A stretch of 64,000 bases of DNA, taken from NCBI GenBank assembly GCA_964057225.1, contig OZ059895.1, positions 4,650,001-4,714,000 of the forward strand, read 5' to 3'. A program made the translations under genes and the position numbers. The DNA is from Auanema rhodensis (lineage: Eukaryota; Animalia; Nematoda). Below, piece by piece: positions 54,401 through 64,000 of the stretch (positions within the stretch are counted from its first letter, which is position 1; each line of letters begins with the position of its first letter). The notes below the pieces were generated by a model. It was not told where the DNA came from. It ran no database searches and was given only the letters and a program-made list of their open reading frames with translations.

Positions 54401-57400
54401 AAATTAATTCTTCAGGGTGAAAATCGAGGATATAAGTGTGAACTTATATCAGTTGATATCTCGGTGCATTTTCAAGCTAGCGAAATCTGATAACACAGAT
54501 CGACGCAGCTTAAAAATCCGCATCGAATGCACTATACTTCATTGAGAAACGCTTAATACAAAAATTAGTTATGATCGTTTGAAAAATGATGCATTAGTGT
54601 ATGTTGAGTTTCCATGTACACTCAACATTGCTTCCAAAAACATTTTGACAAAAATTTTTTCGAAAAATTTCAAAATAATTTAGCAAAAAGTAGATGTTTT
54701 TAGATTCCTTTTTTCAAGGCAAAGATGATGGACAATGTTATTCAACGAAAAAATTAATTCTTCAGGGTGAAAATCGAGGATATAAGTGTGAACATATATC
54801 AGTTGATATCTCGGTGCATTTACAAGCTAGCGCAAATCTGATAACAAAGATCGACGCAGCTTAAAAATCCGCATCGAATGCACTATACTTCATTGAGAAA
54901 CGCTTAATACAAAAATTAGTTATGATCGTTTGAAAAATGATGCATTAGTGTATGTTGAGTTTCCATGTACACTCAACATTGCTTCCAAAAACATTTTGAC
55001 AAAAATTTTTTCGAAAAATTTCAAAATAATTTAGCAAAAAGTGGATGTTTTTAGATTCCTTTTTTCAAGGCAAAGACGATGGACAATGTTATTCAACGAA
55101 AAAATTAATTCTTCAGGGTGAAAATCGAGGATATAAGTGTGAACTTATATCAGTTGATATCTCGGTGCATTTTCAAGCTAGCGCAAATCTGATAACAAAG
55201 ATCGACGCAGCTTAAAAATCCGCATCGAATGCACTATACTTCATTGAGAAACGCTTAATAAAAAATTAGTTATGATCGTTTGAAAAATGATGCATTAGTG
55301 TATGTTGAGTTTCCATGTACACTCAACATTGCTTCCAAAAACATTTTGACAAAAATTTTTTCGAAAAATTTCAAAATAATTTAGCAAAAAGTAGATGTTT
55401 TTAGATTCCTTTTTTCAAGGCAAAGACGATGGACAATGTTATTCAACGAAAAAATTAATTCTTCAGGGTGAAAATCGAGGATATAAGTGTGAACTTATAT
55501 CAGTTGATATCTCGGTGCATTTTCAAGCTAGCGAAATCTGATAACACAGATCGACGCAGCTTAAAAATCCGCATCGAATGCACTATACTTCATTGAGAAA
55601 CGCTTAATACAAAAATTAGTTATGATCGTTTGAAAAATGATGCATTAGTGTATGTTGAGTTTCCATGTACACTCAACATTGCTTCCAAAAACATTTTGAC
55701 AAAAATTTTTTCGAAAAATTTCAAAATAATTTAGCAAAAAGTAGATGTTTTTGGATTCTTTTTTTCAAGGCAAAGACGATGGACAATGTTATTCAACGAA
55801 AAAATTAATTCTTCGGGGTGAAAATCGAGGATATAAGTGTGAACTTATATCAGTTGATATCTCGGTGCATTTTTAAGCTAGCGCAAATCTGATAACACAG
55901 ATCGACGCAGCTTAAAAATCCGCAACGAATGCACTATACTACATTGAAAAACGCTTAATACAAAAATTAGTTATGATCGTTTGAAAAATGATGCATTAGT
56001 GTATGTTGAGTTTCCATGTACACTCAACATTGCTTCCAAAAACATTTTGACAAAAATTTTTTCGAAAAATTTCAAAATAATTTAGCAAAAAGTAGATGTT
56101 TTTAGATTCCTTTTTTCAAGGCAAAGATGATGGACAATGTTATTCAACGAAAAAATCAATTCTTCAGGGTGAAAATCGAGGATATAAGTGTGAACTTATA
56201 TCAGTTGATATCTCGGTGCATTTTTAAGCTAGCGCAAATCTGATAACACAGATCGACGCAGCTTAAAAATCCGCATCGAATGCACTATACTTCATTGAGA
56301 AACGCTTAATACAAAAATTAGTTATGATCGTTTGAAAAATGATGCATTAGTGTATGTTGAGTTTCCATGTACACTCAACATTGCTTCCAAAAACATTTTG
56401 ACAAAAATTTTTTCGAAAAATTTCAAAATAATTTAGCAAAAAGTAGATGTTTTTAGATTCCTTTTTTCAAGGCAAAGACGATGGACAATGTTATTCAACG
56501 AAAAAATTAATTCTTCAGGGTGAAAATCGAGGATATAAGTGTGAACTTATATCAGTTGATATCTCGGTGCATTTTCAAGCTAGCGAAATCTGATAACACA
56601 GATCGACGCAGCTTAAAAATCCGCATCGAATGCACTATACTTCATTGAGAAACGCTTAATACAAAAATTAGTTATGATCGTTTGAAAAATGATGCATTAG
56701 TGTATGTTGAGTTTCCATGTACACTCAACATTGCTTCCAAAAACATTTTGACAAAAATTTTTTCGAAAAATTTCAAAATAATTTAGCAAAAAGTAGATGT
56801 TTTTAGATTTCTTTTTTCAAGGCAAAGATGATGGACAATGTTATTCAACGAAAAAATTAATTCTTCAGGGTGAAAATCGAGGATATAAGTGTGAACATAT
56901 ATCAGTTGATATCTCGGTGCATTTACAAGCTAGCGCAAATCTGATAACACAGATCGACGCAGCTTAAAAATCCGCATCGAATGCACTATACTTCATTGAG
57001 AAACGCTTAATACAAAAATTAGTTATGATCGTTTGAAAAATGATGCATTAGTGTATGTTGAGTTTCCATGCACACTCAACATTGCTTCCAAAAACATTTT
57101 GACAAAAATTTTTTCGAAAAATTTCAAAATAATTTAGCAAAAAGTAGATGTTTTTAGATTCCTTTTTTTAAGGCAAAAATGATGGACAATGTTATTAAAC
57201 GAAAAAATTAATTCTTCGGGGTGAAAATCGAGGATATAAGTGTGAACTTATATCAGTTGATATCTCGGTGCATTTTTAAGCTAGCGCAAATCTGATAACA
57301 CAGATCGACGCAGCTTAAAAATCCGCATCGAATGCACTATACTACATTGAAAAACGCTTAATACAAAAATTAGTTATGATCGTTTGAAAAATGATGCATT

Positions 57401-60400
57401 AGTGTATGTTGAGTTTCCATGTACACTCAACATTGCTTCCAAAAACATTTTGACAAAAATTTTTTCGAAAAATTTCAAAATAATTTAGCAAAAAGTAGAT
57501 GTTTTTAGATTCCTTTTTTCAAGGCAAAGATGATGGACAATGTTATTCAACGAAAAAATCAATTCTTCAGGGTGAAAATCGAGGATATAAGTGTGAACAT
57601 ATATCAGTTGATATCTCGGTGCATTTACAAGCTAGCGCAAATCTGATAACACACATCGACGCAGCTTAAAAATCCGCATCGAATGCACTATACTTCATTG
57701 AGAAACGCTTAATACAAAAATTAGTTATGATCGTTTGAAAAATGATGCATTAGTGTATGTTGAGTTTCCATGCACACTCAACATTGCTTCCAAAAACATT
57801 TTGACAAAAATTTTTTCGAAAAATTTCAAAATAATTTAGCAAAAAGTAGATGTTTTTAGATTCCTTTTTTCAAGGCAAAGACGATGGACAATGTTATTCA
57901 ACGAAAAAATTAATTCTTCAGGGTGAAAATCGAGGATATAAGTGTGAACTTATATCAGTTGATATCTCGGTGCATTTTCAAGCTAGCGCAAATCTGATAA
58001 CACAGATCGACGCAGCTTAAAAATCCGCATCGAATGCACTATACTTCATTGAGAAACGCTTAATACAAAAATTAGTTATGATCGTTTGAAAAATGATGCA
58101 TTAGTGTATGTTGAGTTTCCATGTACACTCAACATTGCTTCCAAAAACATTTTGACAAAAATTTTTTCGAAAAATTTCAAAATAATTTAGCAAAAAGTAG
58201 ATGTTTTTAGATTCCTTTTTTCAAGGCAAAGACGATGGACAATGTTATTCAACGAAAAAATTAATTCTTCAGGGTGAAAATCGAGGATATAAGTGTGAAC
58301 TTATATCAGTTGATATCTCGGTGCATTTTCAAGCTAGCGAAATCTGATAACACAGATCGACGCAGCTTAAAAATCCGCATCGAATGCACTATACTTCATT
58401 GAGAAACGCTTAATACAAAAATTAGTTATGATCGTTTGAAAAATGATGCATTAGTGTATGTTGAGTTTCCATGTACACTCAACATTGCTTCCAAAAACAT
58501 TTTGACAAAAATTTTTTCGAAAAATTTCAAAATAATTTAGCGAAAAGTAGATGTTTTTAGATTCCTTTTTTCAAGGCAAAGATGATGGACAATGTTATTC
58601 AACGAAAAAATTAATTCTTCAGGGTGAAAATCGAGGATATAAGTGTGAACATATATCAGTTGATATCTCGGTGCATTTACAAGCTAGCGCAAATCTGATA
58701 ACACAGATCGACGCAGCTTAAAAATCCGCATCGAATGCACTATACTTCATTGAGAAACGCTTAATACAAAAATTAGTTATGATCGTTTGAAAAATGATGC
58801 ATTAGTGTATGTTGAGTTTCCATGCACACTCAACATTGCTTCCAAAAACATTTTGACAAAAATTTTTTCGAAAAATTTCAAAATAATTTAGCAAAAAGTA
58901 GATGTTTTTAGATTCCTTTTTTCAAGGCAAAGACGATGGACAATGTTATTCAACGAAAAAATTAATTCTTCAGGGTGAAAATCGAGGATATAAGTGTGAA
59001 CTTATATCAGTTGATATCTCGGTGCATTTTTAAGCTAGCGCAAATCTGATAACACAGATCGACGCAGCTTAAAAATCCGCATCGAATGCACTATACTTCA
59101 TTGAGAAACGCTTAATACAAAAATTAGTTATGATCGTTTGAAAAATGATGCATTAGTGTATGTTGAGTTTCCATGTACACTCAACATTGCTTCCAAAAAC
59201 ATTTTGACAAAAATTTTTTCGAAAAATTTCAAAATAATTTAGCAAAAAGTGGATGTTTTTAGATTCCTTTTTTCAAGGCAAAGACGATGGACAATGTTAT
59301 TCAACGAAAAAATTAATTCTTCAGGGTGAAAATCGAGGATATAAGTGTGAACTTATATCAGTTGATATCTCGGTGCATTTTCAAGCTAGCGCAAATCTGA
59401 TAACAAAGATCGACGCAGCTTAAAAATCCGCATCGAATGCACTATACTTCATTGAGAAACGCTTAATAAAAAATTAGTTATGATCGTTTGAAAAATGATG
59501 CATTAGTGTATGTTGAGTTTCCATGTACACTCAACATTGCTTCCAAAAACATTTTGACAAAAATTTTTTCGAAAAATTTCAAAATAATTTAGCAAAAAGT
59601 AGATGTTTTTAGATTCCTTTTTTCAAGGCAAAGACGATGGACAATGTTATTCAACGAAAAAATTAATTCTTCAGGGTGAAAATCGAGGATATAAGTGTGA
59701 ACTTATATCAGTTGATATCTCGGTGCATTTTCAAGCTAGCGAAATCTGATAACACAGATCGACGCAGCTTAAAAATCCGCATCGAATGCACTATACTTCA
59801 TTGAGAAACGCTTAATACAAAAATTAGTTATGATCGTTTGAAAAATGATGCATTAGTGTATGTTGAGTTTCCATGTACACTCAACATTGCTTCCAAAAAC
59901 ATTTTGACAAAAATTTTTTCGAAAAATTTCAAAATAATTTAGCAAAAAGTAGATGTTTTTGGATTCTTTTTTTCAAGGCAAAGACGATGGACAATGTTAT
60001 TCAACGAAAAAATTAATTCTTCGGGGTGAAAATCGAGGATATAAGTGTGAACTTATATCAGTTGATATCTCGGTGCATTTTTAAGCTAGCGCAAATCTGA
60101 TAACACAGATCGACGCAGCTTAAAAATCCGCAACGAATGCACTATACTACATTGAAAAACGCTTAATACAAAAATTAGTTATGATCGTTTGAAAAATGAT
60201 GCATTAGTGTATGTTGAGTTTCCATGCACACTCAACATTGCTTCCAAAAACATTTTGACAAAAATTTTTTCGAAAAATTTCAAAATAATTTAGCAAAAAG
60301 TAGATGTTTTTAGATTCCTTTTTTTAAGGCAAAAATGATGGACAATGTTATTAAACGAAAAAATTAATTCTTCAGGGTGAAAATCGAGGATATAAGTGTG

Positions 60401-63400
60401 AACTTATATCAGTTGATATCTCGGTGCATTTTTAAGCTAGCGCAAATCTGATAACACAGATCGACGCAGCTTAAAAATCCGCATCGAATGCACTATACTT
60501 CATTGAGAAACGCTTAATACAAAAATTAGTTATGATCGTTTGAAAAATGATGCATTAGTGTATGTTGAGTTTCCATGTACACTCAACATTGCTTCCAAAA
60601 ACATTTTGACAAAAATTTTTTCGAAAAATTTCAAAATAATTTAGCAAAAAGTGGATGTTTTTAGATTCCTTTTTTCAAGGCAAAGACGATGGACAATGTT
60701 ATTCAACGAAAAAATTAATTCTTCAGGGTGAAAATCGAGGATATAAGTGTGAACTTATATCAGTTGATATCTCGGTGCATTTTCAAGCTAGCGCAAATCT
60801 GATAACAAAGATCGACGCAGCTTAAAAATCCGCATCGAATGCACTATACTTCATTGAGAAACGCTTAATAAAAAATTAGTTATGATCGTTTGAAAAATGA
60901 TGCATTAGTGTATGTTGAGTTTCCATGTACACTCAACATTGCTTCCAAAAACATTTTGACAAAAATTTTTTCGAAAAATTTCAAAATAATTTAGCAAAAA
61001 GTAGATGTTTTTAGATTCCTTTTTTCAAGGCAAAGACGATGGACAATGTTATTCAACGAAAAAATTAATTCTTCAGGGTGAAAATCGAGGATATAAGTGT
61101 GAACATATATCAGTTGATATCTCGGTGCATTTTCAAGCTAGCGAAATCTGATAACACAGATCGACGCAGCTTAAAAATCCGCATCGAATGCACTATACTT
61201 CATTGAGAAACGCTTAATACAAAAATTAGTTATGATCGTTTGAAAAATGATGCATTAGTGTATGTTGAGTTTCCATGTACACTCAACATTGCTTCCAAAA
61301 ACATTTTGACAAAAATTTTTTCGAAAAATTTCAAAATAATTTAGCGAAAAGTAGATGTTTTTAGATTCCTTTTTTCAAGGCAAAGATGATGGACAATGTT
61401 ATTCAACGAAAAAATTAATTCTTCAGGGTGAAAATCGAGGATATAAGTGTGAACATATATCAGTTGATATCTCGGTGCATTTACAAGCTAGCGCAAATCT
61501 GATAACACAGATCGACGCAGCTTAAAAATCCGCATCGAATGCACTATACTTCATTGAGAAACGCTTAATACAAAAATTAGTTATGATCGTTTGAAAAATG
61601 ATGCATTAGTGTATGTTGAGTTTCCATGTACACTCAACATTGCTTCCAAAAACATTTTGACAAAAATTTTTTCGAAAAATTTCAAAATAATTTAGCAAAA
61701 AGTGGATGTTTTTAGATTCCTTTTTTCAAGGCAAAGACGATGGACAATGTTATTCAACGAAAAAATTAATTCTTCAGGGTGAAAATCGAGGATATAAGTG
61801 TGAACTTATATCAGTTGATATCTCGGTGCATTTTCAAGCTAGCGCAAATCTGATAACAAAGATCGACGCAGCTTAAAAATCCGCATCGAATGCACTATAC
61901 TTCATTGAGAAACGCTTAATAAAAAATTAGTTATGATCGTTTGAAAAATGATGCATTAGTGTATGTTGAGTTTCCATGTACACTCAACATTGCTTCCAAA
62001 AACATTTTGACAAAAATTTTTTCGAAAAATTTCAAAATAATTTAGCAAAAAGTAGATGTTTTTAGATTCCTTTTTTTAAGGCAAAAATGATGGACAATGT
62101 TATTAAACGAAAAAATTAATTCTTCAGGGTGAAAATCGAGGATATAAGTGTGAACATATATCAGTTGATATCTCGGTGCATTTTCAAGCTAGCGCAAATC
62201 TGATAACAAAGATCGACGCAGCTTAAAAATCCGCATCGAATGCACTATACTTCATTGAGAAACGCTTAATACAAAAATTAGTTATGATCGTTTGAAAAAT
62301 GATGCATTAGTGTATGTTGAGTTTCCATGCACACTCAACATTGCTTCCAAAAACATTTTGACAAAAATTTTTTCGAAAAATTTCAAAATAATTTAGCAAA
62401 AAGTAGATGTTTTTAGATTCCTTTTTTTAAGGCAAAAATGATGGACAATGTTATTAAACGAAAAAATTAATTCTTCGGGGTGAAAATCGAGGATATAAGT
62501 GTGAACTTATATCAGTTGATATCTCGGTGCATTTTTAAGCTAGCGCAAATCTGATAACACAGATCGACGCAGCTTAAAAATCCGCATCGAATGCACTATA
62601 CTACATTGAAAAACGCTTAATACAAAAATTAGTTATGATCGTTTGAAAAATGATGCATTAGTGTATGTTGAGTTTCCATGTACACTCAACATTGCTTCCA
62701 AAAACATTTTGACAAAAATTTTTTCGAAAAATTTCAAAATAATTTAGCAAAAAGTAGATGTTTTTAGATTCCTTTTTTCAAGGCAAAGATGATGGACAAT
62801 GTTATTCAACGAAAAAATCAATTCTTCAGGGTGAAAATCGAGGATATAAGTGTGAACATATATCAGTTGATATCTCGGTGCATTTACAAGCTAGCGCAAA
62901 TCTGATAACACAGATCGACGCAGCTTAAAAATCCGCATCGAATGCACTATACTTCATTGAGAAACGCTTAATACAAAAATTAGTTATGATCGTTTGAAAA
63001 ATGATGCATTAGTGTATGTTGAGTTTCCATGCACACTCAACATTGCTTCCAAAAACATTTTGACAAAAATTTTTTCGAAAAATTTCAAAATAATTTAGCA
63101 AAAAGTAGAGGTTTTTAGATTCCTTTTTTCAAGGCAAAGACGATGGACAATGTTATTCAACGAAAAAATTAATTCTTCAGGGTGAAAATCGAGGATATAA
63201 GTGTGAACTTATATCAGTTGATATCTCGGTGCATTTTCAAGCTAGCGCAAATCTGATAACACAGATCGACGCAGCTTAAAAATCCGCATCGAATGCACTA
63301 TACTTCATTGAGAAACGCTTAATACAAAAATTAGTTATGATCGTTTGAAAAATGATGCATTAGTGTATGTTGAGTTTCCATGTACACTCAACATTGCTTC

Positions 63401-64000
63401 CAAAAACATTTTGACAAAAATTTTTTCGAAAAATTTCAAAATAATTTAGCAAAAAGTAGATGTTTTTAGATTCCTTTTTTCAAGGCAAAGACGATGGACA
63501 ATGTTATTCAACGAAAAAATTAATTCTTCAGGGTGAAAATCGAGGATATAAGTGTGAACTTATATCAGTTGATATCTCGGTGCATTTTCAAGCTAGCGAA
63601 ATCTGATAACACAGATCGACGCAGCTTAAAAATCCGCATCGAATGCACTATATTTCATTGAGAAACGCTTAATACAAAAATTAGTTATGATCGTTTGAAA
63701 AATGATGCATTAGTGTATGTTGAGTTTCCATGTACACTCAACATTGCTTCCAAAAACATTTTGACAAAAATTTTTTCGAAAAATTTCAAAATAATTTAGC
63801 GAAAAGTAGATGTTTTTAGATTCCTTTTTTCAAGGCAAAGATGATGGACAATGTTATTCAACGAAAAAATTAATTCTTCAGGGTGAAAATCGAGGATATA
63901 AGTGTGAACATATATCAGTTGATATCTCGGTGCATTTACAAGCTAGCGCAAATCTGATAACACAGATCGACGCAGCTTAAAAATCCGCATCGAATGCACT
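48407..64000. repeat. Copy 2 of the large block (truncated by window end) with 6 extra monomers
   Basis: Offset to copy 1 is 15,427 before about 54.8 kb and 17,530 afterwards (rare marker GTAGAGG at 45580 and 63110). The difference of 2103 bp equals 6 monomers. Confidence 0.88.

Larger units (their letters stand above)
1..64000. repeat. Tandem satellite DNA array, 351/350-bp monomer, ~182.5 copies, single orientation, extends beyond both window ends
   Basis: AGGCAAA(G/A)A(C/T)GATGGACAA recurs at 1, 351, 702, 1053, 1404 ... 63132, 63483, 63833 with spacing 350/351 (once 357). No unique sequence or inversion seen. Confidence 0.99.

Noticed and set aside
1-64000. CRISPR-like repeat/spacer array
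   Set aside because: The entire 351-bp unit repeats. There are no unique spacers, leader or cas genes.
1-64000. Rolling-circle or concatemer sequencing artefact
   Set aside because: Variants form linked, hierarchically duplicated haplotypes rather than random read errors around a single template.

Overview
The whole 64 kb window is one uninterrupted, single-orientation, head-to-tail satellite DNA array. It holds 182 complete monomers plus a 168-bp partial. Monomers are 351 bp (350 bp when a 1-bp deletion is present; one is 357 bp), about 31% GC, and typically differ by only a few substitutions. I found no protein-coding gene, RNA gene, transposon insertion or CRISPR array. The pattern fits eukaryotic (peri)centromeric or heterochromatic satellite. 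CpG is not depleted (12 observed vs about 8.6 expected in monomer 1), which suggests a lineage with little CpG methylation, e.g. an insect or nematode. I do not recognise the family by name. The information lies in the variant pattern, which I typed monomer by monomer by eye. (i) Two haplotype domains meet at about 17.5-18.2 kb. (ii) There are local 1-, 3-, 4- and 5-mer duplications. (iii) A cryptic 12-mer (4208 bp) higher-order cycle runs through the right half. (iv) A recent 44-monomer (15,427 bp) block duplication has a nested 6-mer (2103 bp) expansion. (v) Junction monomers are mosaics of three templates. The monomer carries several dyad symmetries and traces of an ancient two-subunit origin. 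Monomer positions below use 351-bp numbering from AGGCAAAGA. All typing was manual, so rare variants may have been missed.
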